Shown here: positions 27,101 to 35,516 of the stretch, piece by piece
Layout: each line of letters begins with the position of its first letter
Position numbering within the stretch: the stretch's first letter is position 1
Virus record (IMG/VR): IMGVR_UViG_3300017565_000001
Location: 269,741 to 333,740 of that record
DNA from: a virus
Lineage: Duplodnaviria; Heunggongvirae; Uroviricota; Caudoviricetes
Strand: one strand, 5' to 3'
Length of the DNA: 64,000 nt
The notes under the pieces: generated by a model
Told to the model about the DNA's origin: nothing
What the model saw: the letters and a program-made list of their open reading frames with translations, nothing else
Database searches by the model: none
Position numbers and translations under genes: made by a program

Positions 27101-27737
27101 CCGCGCCGCTATCAGTGCTGGTGGTGACTTGACGTATGATGCATCTACTGGCGTTATGAGCTACACTGCTCCAGCTGGTTCTGGTGAAGCTAATACGGCG
27201 TCAAACGTTGGTACTCAGGGTGCTGGTGTATTCAAGCAAAAGAGCGGTGTCGATCTGCAATTCCGCAAGATTGTAGCTGGTACAAACGTCACAGTTACTG
27301 AAGGCGTCGATGAAATCGTTATCAATGCATCAGGTGGTGGTGGCGAAACTCCTACTGGTGGTCTGCAAAGCTTCCAATTCCGCGTTAATTACGAGGAATT
27401 GAGTGGTGGTGACACCATCGAATCCGTGACAAACTTGCCATCGGGTTGGTCGGCTTCTATCGCTTCGAGCAAACAAGATATCACGATTACGCACACGGTT
27501 GGTAAGGTGGTGTTGTTCGCACAGGCTATGGCTTATGACGGTAATACTGGCTATGCTCCGATCATCCTGGGTGCTTTTACAACCGGTATGGTGAAAATTC
27601 CTGGTGTTGGTGGTAACACTTCCGCCACAGCCGTTCCATCCACGTCTCAGGTCACTTTGAAGCTGTCTGCTTCAAACATAAATCCTCTGCAGGACGGTGA
27701 TGGAAACACCCACGCCATCGTAACTCTGGTATTCTAA
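24198..27737 (+). CDS. Long repetitive fibre protein (1179 aa)
   Basis: Repeats GTVTSV, V.KGGTG, LP.AS...LGG and about 10 copies of SG.Y.DL.(N/D)KP; Gly/Thr/Ser-rich. Confidence 0.8.
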   Translation: MPKVTDSRIKPGDGEIVFQTSNTDNTATATGLVGGDDTSDGGSSNNSLKISGNNLGEGFGIYAGTNGSSKIVIDYRSLVAGEGVVMSGDAHTITISSPANSSRPNLDDLPGSVSVIQGGTGVTTIPLNGIMFGNGTGPVQTIDLPTTADRLLSWDGSRYKWIPTPESVTPTTTSVVSSDPLITSVLSTDGSGNRTYTLDFKENEVAINNLTGTLAVTKGGTGKTSFTANALVVGDGTAALKNAPVPSAAGQYLNWNGTAYAWGTVGTVTSVGMTAGSSKVTVTGGPVTGSGAFTVDVNPGAIALGDLSGTLAVAKGGTGLTALGAAGTYLRVNSAGTGFEFGAVSGGSGGTVTSVGVTAGSNKVTVTGGPVTTSGSITVDVNEANLSLTNIPGSVSIAKGGTGLSAVGTPYQVLRTNAGGTGLEYFTLSLADVPGLADVATSGDYNDLSNKPFLAPIASSAQYSDLIGAPALAPVATSGSYNDLTDKPVTGGTVTSVEVLAGSGKISVLGSPITSSGSITIDVAEGGLNLANMGGILPASKGGTGLTSTVQNGVLVGGASNTAAFTAAPTAAGQALTWNGTAFAWTNPGNSYVLPTASASILGGVKVGVNLSINGDGELNGITDNAALTNGAGYAVAADLATIATTGQWVDIVGRPSVFQVAQGGTGISSYTPNSVIFAASANTLGQTAPTAAGQVLKFNGTTFTWATEAAAYELPDASTTEKGGIIVGGGLVIEDGVLSVSAEAGLGTVTSVGLTSSNNAITVSGSPVTGAGALTVTFVPSNVDLADLTGSLAASSITGLAPVAISGSYDDLTDKPVLFSGSYDDLSDKPSLFGGSYTDLTNVPDFAPVATSGSYNDLTDKPTGLTYSDADARAAISATGDVAYDSTTGVISYTAPVLSAVATSGDYADLTNKPTLFSGSYNDLTNKPTLFSGDYNDLSNKPVLFSGLYEDLEGAPTIPTQYTDTLARAAISAGGDLTYDASTGVMSYTAPAGSGEANTASNVGTQGAGVFKQKSGVDLQFRKIVAGTNVTVTEGVDEIVINASGGGGETPTGGLQSFQFRVNYEELSGGDTIESVTNLPSGWSASIASSKQDITITHTVGKVVLFAQAMAYDGNTGYAPIILGAFTTGMVKIPGVGGNTSATAVPSTSQVTLKLSASNINPLQDGDGNTHAIVTLVF
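26610..27070 (+). repeat. Intragenic tandem peptide repeats (39-nt core unit, LFSGSYxDLxxKPx)
   Basis: Consecutive SGSYDDLTDKPVLF / SGSYDDLSDKPSLF / SGDYADLTNKPTLF / SGSYNDLTNKPTLF / SGDYNDLSNKPVLF with synonymous divergence. Confidence 0.85.
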
Positions 27738-27738
27738 A

Positions 27739-29733
27739 ATGAACTACACAACCTATCGTTCTATTAACCGCACTACGCCTCCCAAGAACTTGTCCTGCCG
27801 AATCACGGCAGTTCAAGAACTTGAGGCTTGGTACTATGACGATGGGTTGGGAGATCCCTGGTGGGAAATGGGAGCGTCAAAGAAATCGTATAAATTTCAA
27901 GTGACGCTTGCCATTAACCGCACCACCCACAGTTCACACTTGACTCGTAAGCCGTTTGAATACAACGGCTTGGATGTTAGTCAAGGGCTGTGGTTGGGTG
28001 GTCTTTCAACCGCGAAAACGTACAAGATCACTTCAGTCGTAAGCAAAACTGAAACTCAAGTGATTTGTATCATCGAAGACGAAGATCGTCATAACATTTT
28101 CTCAGCTTCTGGTGGTTCCGGTAACGGTACTCCTGGTTCTGAGGACGCTTTGATTTTTGAATTGGGTGATGACGGTTTGCCATCATTCGATCCCCTACCA
28201 ACCATCGCCGTATCAGTGGCCAGCTTGAAAGCTATGATGCAGATGGAAGCGCGTTTCCGTGTTTTCAATGAAAACATTCGTGTCAAATTCTTTCAGTTGA
28301 GTCATGGCTTTCAAGAAAGTGATATTTTGAAACTCAATCCAGATACAGGATTGTTTGAGAAAGCTTCTAGTAGTGACTTTTACACCGTAGGGACTGTGGT
28401 TGACATTGGGCCAGGCCCCAATTACTTCTATCTGACTCCTACTACGAAGTTTATTCAATACATTGAACCAGGGCTGCCTGGACGTGCTGGTGACTTTGTG
28501 TGGGTTGACGAGGAAACTGGTGAGATGACTAGCGTTCGTGGGGCAAACGTGTTCCCAACGTATATTCAGATGACAAACCCACAGCCATGCTTCGTGACTG
28601 GTTCGGTGACGAGTCCTACTATTTCCGTTAATTCTTCGGTTACCGTCAACAAGATTGCACTCACGTTCAACCAAGGACAAACTCTGCAAAACGTGGTTGA
28701 TGCGTTCAACCTGAAGACCCCAGAACACGGGGTCTTCGCCGAAATTGGTTCACCTCGGTTGTCGCTTACTGCACCCGTTAACGTAAACATTGATGCCACA
28801 AACATTGAAAAATACACGTTCAAGATTAACGGTGTGACCCATGAAGTTACTAAGCCTGGCATGTTGTTGGCTTCCAATCCAGCTCGCCTTGGTAACAAAG
28901 ACTTGATGAAGGTTATCAATGAACGCACCCCACAAACAGGTGTAGTAGCGAGCATTGTTGCTAACCGTCTAGTCCTGGAGACTCCAGGTGGCGAAGGGAT
29001 GACATTTGAAAACGTTATTCCCACCACAACCGTGCTCCTTGAGAAGACATTCCTGGATGCTACTGGATTCCAGGCAGTTAATGCTCCTCTTACAGCCAAT
29101 CGCCTGAAACTATCCAGACTTGATGGTGGTGAGATCACAATCACCCAACTTACTGGTAATTTCCTGGCTGACACTGGTGTCTATAGTGTCAACAATGGTA
29201 TGTTGCCGGTCGCTCTAGTTGTTGATAAGAGCATGGTCGCAAACCAAGGCTATAGCGTGCCGGATATGGAATCGCTCGCCATGCTGCAGAACGTCAAGAA
29301 CGGTGATCAAGCATTTGTTCAAGACTGGAACGGTGTTGGTGAGTGGGGTTTCTTTGTGAAGACTGACAATGAGTGGACGAAGGTAAGTGATTACGACAGC
29401 GCTAGAACTGATGCCAGCACTTATGTGGTAGACGTGTTCCCTGATAGTGATGCTTCGTTGACATTGGGTAGAATTTCACCCGGAAGCCGTATTGTTGACG
29501 TTACGATTGTGATCCACCAGGCATTTGACGGTGAATCGCCAGTCATCATGGTGAAGACCATTGGTGGTGAAGTTGTGATGTCAAATGATCTAGTTGATAT
29601 GTCGATGACTGGTGAATTTAAAACCAGCCCATCATACACATATCATGGATTAATGGAAGAAGAGTTGATCGTTGAATTTGACGGGGATAGTTCAACAACA
29701 GGATCGGCTACAGTAGTTGTTTCATACTTGTGA
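27739..29733 (+). CDS. Virion structural protein
   Basis: 664-aa ORF in the late operon; C-terminal domain resembles those of the next two genes. Confidence 0.7.
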   Translation: MNYTTYRSINRTTPPKNLSCRITAVQELEAWYYDDGLGDPWWEMGASKKSYKFQVTLAINRTTHSSHLTRKPFEYNGLDVSQGLWLGGLSTAKTYKITSVVSKTETQVICIIEDEDRHNIFSASGGSGNGTPGSEDALIFELGDDGLPSFDPLPTIAVSVASLKAMMQMEARFRVFNENIRVKFFQLSHGFQESDILKLNPDTGLFEKASSSDFYTVGTVVDIGPGPNYFYLTPTTKFIQYIEPGLPGRAGDFVWVDEETGEMTSVRGANVFPTYIQMTNPQPCFVTGSVTSPTISVNSSVTVNKIALTFNQGQTLQNVVDAFNLKTPEHGVFAEIGSPRLSLTAPVNVNIDATNIEKYTFKINGVTHEVTKPGMLLASNPARLGNKDLMKVINERTPQTGVVASIVANRLVLETPGGEGMTFENVIPTTTVLLEKTFLDATGFQAVNAPLTANRLKLSRLDGGEITITQLTGNFLADTGVYSVNNGMLPVALVVDKSMVANQGYSVPDMESLAMLQNVKNGDQAFVQDWNGVGEWGFFVKTDNEWTKVSDYDSARTDASTYVVDVFPDSDASLTLGRISPGSRIVDVTIVIHQAFDGESPVIMVKTIGGEVVMSNDLVDMSMTGEFKTSPSYTYHGLMEEELIVEFDGDSSTTGSATVVVSYL

Positions 29734-29750
29734 TGTAAAGTTGAAACCAC

Positions 29751-29785
29751 AAATAAGCGACGCATAAACGTGTCGCTTATTTTTT
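29751..29785 (+). terminator. Intrinsic terminator
   Basis: AAATAAGCGACGC...GTGTCGCTTATTTTTT. Confidence 0.7.
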
Positions 29786-29849
29786 CATAGAAAGCTCATA
29801 AATATTCGTATCTCAGAGATATGAGAATAACAATAGGGGAAAATCCACT

Positions 29850-31529
29850 ATGGCAATTATCAAGAATTTTGGCCTGTCCGGTATCGGTTCAGACGTTCAG
29901 CTAGGTAAGGCTGGGCTGCGTCTGAAGGCCTCCGCGGGAACTCTGTCCCTCCGCAACGCAGCCGACACCGCCAATGCTGGATTGACGGTCGGTTCGCTGC
30001 AAACAGGTGACTTTACTGTCAGTACAGGTGCTACCGTCAATATGGGCGGTAACGTTTTGACTAACATCGGTGATGCTGTTGGCAACACTGATGCTGTCAA
30101 TTATCAACAGATGGCCGCCGCCATCGCCGATGCTGTTGGCGATCTGGACGTAACGGCTCTTCAGACTGAAGTTGATGCTATTGAAACTTCAGTTGGTTTG
30201 AACGCCAATGGTACTCTGGTAGCGTTTGCTGCTGGTGGCTATGCCGAAGGTAAGACTTCCTTCAAGGCTGCTGTAGAAGCTATTGACGCTGCCCTGAAGC
30301 TGGAAGAAACTGCTCGTGCTGATGCTGACGCCCTGTTGCTGCCTCTGGCTGGCGGCACGATGTCAGGTGCCATCGCAATGGGCGGCCAGAAGATCACTGG
30401 CTTGGGTGCTCCATCTGCTAACACTGACGCAGCAACCAAGGCTTATGTTGACTCGGCTATTGCTGGTTTCAGCTGGAAGTTGCCAGTTGACGCCATTGTT
30501 GCTGATCACACAACTGACGCTGAAACTTACGTCACCGGTCAACGTATTGTTGACACCACAGCTGATTCGATCTTCACAGTTCTGACCGATGGTGAAGTTG
30601 GTACACCTGCTACGTTTGATGCTGGTGTTGCTCTTGTACAAGGCGACGCGTTCTTCAACAAAGCCAACAATAACGGTTATGTTTTCAACGGTACCGATAC
30701 AGTTCAATTCACTGGTGGTTCTGCCGTTACTGCTGGTATTGGTCTGACTCTGAACGGTAACCAGCTTGATGTAAACATGGGCGCTGGCGTTACTGTTCTG
30801 CCAGCAGGTGAAGTTGGTCTGGACATTCGTCCTAACAGTGGTTTGTGGTTGACTGAAGATGGTACCACTGCTTCAACCGGTACTGATGCACAACTGGCAA
30901 TCCGCCTGGATGGTTCCACGTTGGTTATGGGCGCAACCGGCCTGAAGTTGGCTGATGCTCTGAACACCAATATTGCCAGTGCTGTTACTGGTCTGGCTTC
31001 CGTCGGTCTGAACACAGACGGTACATTGGTTCCATTCGATGGTACGAACTTCCTTGATGCAGCAACCACGGTTGCTGGTGGTTTGGTCGAAGTTGACACA
31101 GCTTTGGGTCAACTGGGTACGGTCGTTGACACCAAGGTTGACGGTGACTATGTTGATAACGCTATTGCTGCCGCAATCACAGCTGACCTCAACAAAACCA
31201 ACACCTATTCAGTTAGCTTCACTGGTGCATCTGGTTTGGGTCTACCAGCTGGCGCGAATGCAATCAAGGGTCTGATGATTGCTGTGATGGTTACCATCAC
31301 CACACCAAGCACTATGGATTCGGCTTTGACTATCGGAAGCGAATCAACTCCTGACGCCCTGATCACTGTTGATGATGTTGATACTTCAGTAGCTGGTACA
31401 TATTTGGTTCACCCCAATGTGTTGCTGGATCTGACCAACGGCGATATCCTTATTGACTCTGGTGCTGGTAGTACGTTTGCCGGCCGCGTAACGATTCAAT
31501 ACGCTCCTAGCGTCAGCGACCCAGTTTAA
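29850..31529 (+). CDS. Fibre-like virion protein (paralog of 31578..33362)
   Basis: N-terminal IKNFGLSGIGSDVQLGKAG, DAATKAYVD motifs, coiled-coil segments; TAAATA at 29799. Confidence 0.75.
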   Translation: MAIIKNFGLSGIGSDVQLGKAGLRLKASAGTLSLRNAADTANAGLTVGSLQTGDFTVSTGATVNMGGNVLTNIGDAVGNTDAVNYQQMAAAIADAVGDLDVTALQTEVDAIETSVGLNANGTLVAFAAGGYAEGKTSFKAAVEAIDAALKLEETARADADALLLPLAGGTMSGAIAMGGQKITGLGAPSANTDAATKAYVDSAIAGFSWKLPVDAIVADHTTDAETYVTGQRIVDTTADSIFTVLTDGEVGTPATFDAGVALVQGDAFFNKANNNGYVFNGTDTVQFTGGSAVTAGIGLTLNGNQLDVNMGAGVTVLPAGEVGLDIRPNSGLWLTEDGTTASTGTDAQLAIRLDGSTLVMGATGLKLADALNTNIASAVTGLASVGLNTDGTLVPFDGTNFLDAATTVAGGLVEVDTALGQLGTVVDTKVDGDYVDNAIAAAITADLNKTNTYSVSFTGASGLGLPAGANAIKGLMIAVMVTITTPSTMDSALTIGSESTPDALITVDDVDTSVAGTYLVHPNVLLDLTNGDILIDSGAGSTFAGRVTIQYAPSVSDPV

Positions 31530-31577
31530 GTATTAACTCCCCACGAATGATTTCGTGGGGATTTCACGGAGAAGAAT

Positions 31578-33362
31578 ATGGCAGAAATTCGTAATTTCAG
31601 TTTGGTTGGTGTTGCCCCCAGCCTACAATTTGGTAAAGGCGGTGTACGTCTGGTCCAAGGCGAAGGTACCATGGCCCTTATGGATGCCGCCGGTACCGAC
31701 TTTGCTTCACTGCAAATTGGTGATGCACTGGGTGCCAACTATGCAGTGCCACGCTCGTATGTTGATCAGACGATTCTTAATCAACAGATTAAGAAATCAG
31801 TCGATGTTGCCACAACGGCAAACATTGACTTGGCAGCTGGCCCACAATCAATTGACGGTGTATCAGTAACTGTCGGCCAACGTGTTTTGGTTAAAAACCA
31901 AACAGTAGCCAGCGAAAACGGCATTTATGTTGTTGGTGAAGGAACATGGACTCGTGCTACTGACGCGAACTCCGACTTCACACTCGCTACCGGCGCCCTG
32001 ATGCTGGTTGTTGGTGGCACCGTAAACGGTATGACACTGTGGGCTCTGAACACAGCCAATCCTATCGTTGTTGGTACAACTGATCTGGCTTTCACCCAGG
32101 TTGGTGGTAGTTCAGGTGGTGGTGAAGTTATCACTGCTGGTAATGGTTTGCAGAAGGTTGAGTCTGAACTGTCCGTTAAACTTGACGGCGCAACTTTGGC
32201 CGTTGGTGTTGACGGTCTGAAGGTTGCTGATGATATCATTGCTGATATCACTACAGCACAGAGTGACATTTCCGCAGCACAGGGTGATATTTCCACTCTG
32301 CAGACTGACCTGGGTTCTTTGACTACCCGCGTCACGACTGCTGAAGGTGAAATTGATGATTTGCAAACGGCTGTCGCCGCCCTTGACAGCACACAAATCG
32401 CATCAGCTGACGGTTTCACTAAGGTTGATACAGATGCGGTTGCCGGTCAAGTAACTGTTGATGTTTCTACTGGCACAGCCGCTTCGCGCATTGCCACATT
32501 TAAGTCTGGGGCAGGTGCCACGACTGGCGTTATTTTTGATAACGTCGTTGAAGCCGACACGATCGTGTTCCAGGCTGATGGTACTGGTGATGACGTAAGC
32601 ATTCACATCGCCCCTAAGGGTGCTGGTGAAGTCGTTATTGGTGAATCAGGCGTTCCTGGTGTAGTACAAGCCGATGATGGCCAATCCCTGACTCTGGCTG
32701 GTGGTGACAATGCTGCTGGTTCTGGTGGTGACTTGATCCTGCGTGCAGGTTCCGGTTCAACAACAGATGGCGCAGTTATCATCGCCTCACCAAGCGAAGT
32801 TCCGGTTGCTCGTTTTACTGGCGCTACTGACTCGACCGCCGCTCTGGATGTTGTTGCTGGTACGACCGATGTCACCGTTTCTGCAGCTGGTGACGAAGCT
32901 AATATCGACTTGATCCTGGCTGGTAAGGGAACTGGTACGGTTGCTTTGAACTTCAGCAAGCTGACACAAGTTGCTGATCCAACAACCGCACAAGACGCTG
33001 CCACCAAGAACTACGTTGACAACGCAGTCAGCACTGGTGCTTCCAAAGTTGGTTCGATTCAAACCCGCACTGTTACTCTGGCGCAAGCCACTGCTAACGT
33101 GGCCGGTGTTGTTAAGGGTCGCGTTCGTCGTGTAATGATCAATGTGACAACTGCCTACTCGGCCGGCGCCACATTCACGATCGGTACAAGCACAACGGCT
33201 GATCAGGTTGTGGCCGCTGTTGATTTTGACGAATCAGCTATCGGCACATACGAAATCACCACCAATGTTGATTATGCTGTTGATACACAATTGGTAGTGA
33301 CTGTGAACGGTACGCCATCTGTTGGTGCTGCCACAATCGTTATCGAGTACGTTCAGGCCTAA
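31578..33362 (+). CDS. Fibre-like virion protein
   Basis: N-terminal IRNFSLVGVAPSLQFGKGG; ATTANI...IDGV...RVLVKNQT...ENGIY...WTRATDA fibre domain; heptad coiled coil; DAATKNYVD. Confidence 0.8.
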   Translation: MAEIRNFSLVGVAPSLQFGKGGVRLVQGEGTMALMDAAGTDFASLQIGDALGANYAVPRSYVDQTILNQQIKKSVDVATTANIDLAAGPQSIDGVSVTVGQRVLVKNQTVASENGIYVVGEGTWTRATDANSDFTLATGALMLVVGGTVNGMTLWALNTANPIVVGTTDLAFTQVGGSSGGGEVITAGNGLQKVESELSVKLDGATLAVGVDGLKVADDIIADITTAQSDISAAQGDISTLQTDLGSLTTRVTTAEGEIDDLQTAVAALDSTQIASADGFTKVDTDAVAGQVTVDVSTGTAASRIATFKSGAGATTGVIFDNVVEADTIVFQADGTGDDVSIHIAPKGAGEVVIGESGVPGVVQADDGQSLTLAGGDNAAGSGGDLILRAGSGSTTDGAVIIASPSEVPVARFTGATDSTAALDVVAGTTDVTVSAAGDEANIDLILAGKGTGTVALNFSKLTQVADPTTAQDAATKNYVDNAVSTGASKVGSIQTRTVTLAQATANVAGVVKGRVRRVMINVTTAYSAGATFTIGTSTTADQVVAAVDFDESAIGTYEITTNVDYAVDTQLVVTVNGTPSVGAATIVIEYVQA

Positions 33363-33374
33363 TAGCTTGATCTG

Positions 33375-33404
33375 ATGAAGCCGGGGAAAACTCCCCGGCT
33401 TCAT
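33375..33404 (+). terminator. Intrinsic terminator
   Basis: ATGAAGCCGGGGA-aaac-TCCCCGGCTTCAT. Confidence 0.7.
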
Positions 33405-33446
33405 GCCATGCATGGTTCATCTACCATTCTATAAATACATAATCAA

Positions 33447-33830
33447 ATGAGGTCATTTAAAATGGCACGAGAACGTTCTGAAACCTGGTATACTAAATCA
33501 TGGCGGCCCTTTGCCGCCTACGTGTACCTATTCATCTGCCTGAATGACTTCGTAGGTATGCCAATATATTACGAATATTCTAAGCGAATCCAAGAAACCC
33601 AATACGTGGAAATGGCTTTGAAATTCCCAGAAGGAGTTTCACAGATCGAGGCTTTGAAAGCCCTACAGCGAAGCCAGAGCTGGGAGCCGTTGACGCTTCA
33701 GGCTACTGGATTGTTTCACATTGCCTTTGGTGCAATTCTGGGTGTTTCTGCTTGGACTCGTGCCCGTGATAAATGGGATGATAGACCTGATGGTCGTGGA
33801 CGCACCGATCGAGACGAGAATCAACAATGA
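33447..33830 (+). CDS. Putative holin-like membrane protein
   Basis: WRP motif followed by a TM (FAAYVYLFICL), second TM (GLFHIAFGAILGVSAW) and a charged C-terminus; TATAAATA at 33430. Confidence 0.6.
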   Translation: MRSFKMARERSETWYTKSWRPFAAYVYLFICLNDFVGMPIYYEYSKRIQETQYVEMALKFPEGVSQIEALKALQRSQSWEPLTLQATGLFHIAFGAILGVSAWTRARDKWDDRPDGRGRTDRDENQQ

Positions 33831-34465
33831 GAAAACAAGCCAATATTCCAATTTACGTGAAGTTGACTAGCCAAGAACATCTTGGTATCAAGGCAGCTAG
33901 AGAATGGTATCGTTTAATTCTGAAGGTTCTTCCATCCGGTTTGCCATCATATATCTCTTCAATGGATTCGCAAGGAAATATTGAAGAAACTCGCTTAGTT
34001 CGCCGTAATATTGATGACGGCACTGAACTGATTGTTCCGTTGAACCGAGATCTCGTTCCCACCGAATTGAAGGCATTGGCCGATGCTTGGCGGGAAATTT
34101 CCCCACCCGGTCAATACTCGATCTCCACAAATCCCACCCAGGATCAAAAGCTGAACCAAGCTGTGACTGGTCTCAAGATTGAACAAGACGAGTATCAGAG
34201 TCTATGCCTACAGATGGCTAAAGTTCAACATGAAGGTTGGATGCGTGATAAAGCCAAACAAGGTTGGCGCTACGGGCCAGTCCTGAGCATCAGCGAAAAA
34301 ACCCACCCCATGATGCGTCCCTGGGATGACCTCCCAGCTCAATACAAGGACGTTGACACTAACAATCCAGAAAACTTCCTGAATTTCCTGAACAACCAAG
34401 GATACGCGGTTGTTCGCCAGGAAGAACTTGGTGCCTTGTTGAAAGTTCTGCGCAATATCAAATAA
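33827..34465 (+). CDS. RyR-domain protein
   Basis: AKVQHEGWMRDKAKQGWRYGP...KTHPMMRPWDDLP matches the RyR repeat pattern. Confidence 0.8.
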   Translation: MRKQANIPIYVKLTSQEHLGIKAAREWYRLILKVLPSGLPSYISSMDSQGNIEETRLVRRNIDDGTELIVPLNRDLVPTELKALADAWREISPPGQYSISTNPTQDQKLNQAVTGLKIEQDEYQSLCLQMAKVQHEGWMRDKAKQGWRYGPVLSISEKTHPMMRPWDDLPAQYKDVDTNNPENFLNFLNNQGYAVVRQEELGALLKVLRNIK

Positions 34466-34471
34466 AGGTGC

Positions 34472-34500
34472 TTGACTCCAAGTGAAACCATGTTTATCAT
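34472..34500 (+). promoter_or_regulatory. sigma70-like early promoter
   Basis: TTGACT-N17-TATCAT(TTGAT); CCAAGTGAA in the spacer. Confidence 0.8.
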
Positions 34501-34530
34501 TTGATATACAGAAGATCACAAGGAGCCAAT

Positions 34531-34716
34531 ATGAATGTCCGTGAACTCAAAGATTTACTGGACCAATTTCCTGATGACATGCCTCTTGAGATCGAAGATC
34601 AGCAAACGTCCAAGCAATTCGAACTGATCGAAGTTGATCAAGGCATGCATCGTGATCCATACGATCAGGACTGGGATCATTCGGTGGTGAAGATCACCAT
34701 AAAGACCAAAGACTAA
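34531..34716 (+). CDS. Small hypothetical phage protein
   Basis: MNVRELKDLLDQFPDDM; AAGGAG SD. Confidence 0.75.
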   Translation: MNVRELKDLLDQFPDDMPLEIEDQQTSKQFELIEVDQGMHRDPYDQDWDHSVVKITIKTKD

Positions 34717-34730
34717 ATGACAGCAACTCA

Positions 34731-34760
34731 AAACCTGGTGAAAATATTTTCACCAGGTTT
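34731..34760. repeat. 30-bp perfect palindrome (terminator or operator)
   Basis: AAACCTGGTGAAAAT/ATTTTCACCAGGTTT. Confidence 0.7.
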
Positions 34761-34771
34761 TCATCCATGTG

Positions 34772-34800
34772 TTGACCTCGTAGCCAAATGAACTTATTAT
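34772..34800 (+). promoter_or_regulatory. sigma70-like early promoter
   Basis: TTGACC-N17-TATTAT; CCAAATGAA in the spacer; AUGGUAAAC at +1. Confidence 0.8.
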
Positions 34801-34806
34801 ACGAAC

Positions 34807-35265
34807 ATGGTAAACGCAACGGAGAAAACGCAAATGTCCAACAACGATAAAGCTGTTCGTGAAGTCAACGCTCATATTGCTCGCGAACTCAATGCTTTGA
34901 TGGGCTATTATCTGGAAAACGGCGTAGAGGGTCTCGAACAAGCCATGCGTGAAATGGCTATCCATGAAATGAACAAGCGCCGCGAACGCATTGCTCGCAA
35001 CAACGCAAAACTCGCCGCTCTGATGAGCCAAGTGACCGATCGCCAAGCCAACTCCATCTACAAAAACGAGGCCAATGGTTACAAGTTCAACCAGGTCATT
35101 TTCAGCAAGCGCAATCCCCGTGGCAATGTAGCAGTCATGCTCGTCAAGGAACAGGTTTACAACGAGATGACCGGTCGTATGGGCAAGAAAACCATGGTCG
35201 TTTACAGTGACGGTCACGTTGACTCCACTTTCGACAAGTCTATCCAAATCAGCAAAGACCTGTAA
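34807..35265 (+). CDS. Hypothetical early protein
   Basis: ORF with SD-led start at 34834 or leaderless start at 34807. Confidence 0.8.
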   Translation: MVNATEKTQMSNNDKAVREVNAHIARELNALMGYYLENGVEGLEQAMREMAIHEMNKRRERIARNNAKLAALMSQVTDRQANSIYKNEANGYKFNQVIFSKRNPRGNVAVMLVKEQVYNEMTGRMGKKTMVVYSDGHVDSTFDKSIQISKDL

Positions 35266-35274
35266 GGAGGCCAG

Positions 35275-35442
35275 ATGTCAGTACGCAAGCAGAAAGAAAA
35301 GCTTAACAAGATTGACCGCAACCTGGAGATGTTGGATGAGGCTCGTAAATCCCTGCCAGTGGGTGCCCCTCTGGGCGAAGTTATTCGCCACTATCGTGAA
35401 CAGCGGATTGCCGCCGCCAACAAGATTGGACGCAAGAAGTAA
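35275..35442 (+). CDS. 55-aa basic protein (absent from the ORF track)
   Basis: MSVRKQKEKLNKIDRNLEML...KIGRKK; TAAGGAGG SD. Confidence 0.75.
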   Translation: MSVRKQKEKLNKIDRNLEMLDEARKSLPVGAPLGEVIRHYREQRIAAANKIGRKK

Positions 35443-35516
35443 CTGCTGTCCGTAATTGACTGGCAGCTCATTTGAGTGTAGATTGATGCGTCTTAATAAC
35501 AATGGGAGATGCATTA

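Noticed and set aside
24198-27737. CRISPR array or diversity-generating retroelement repeats
   Set aside because: The repeats are in-frame peptide repeats with synonymous variation. There are no unique spacers, no adenine-specific mismatch pair and no reverse transcriptase in the window.
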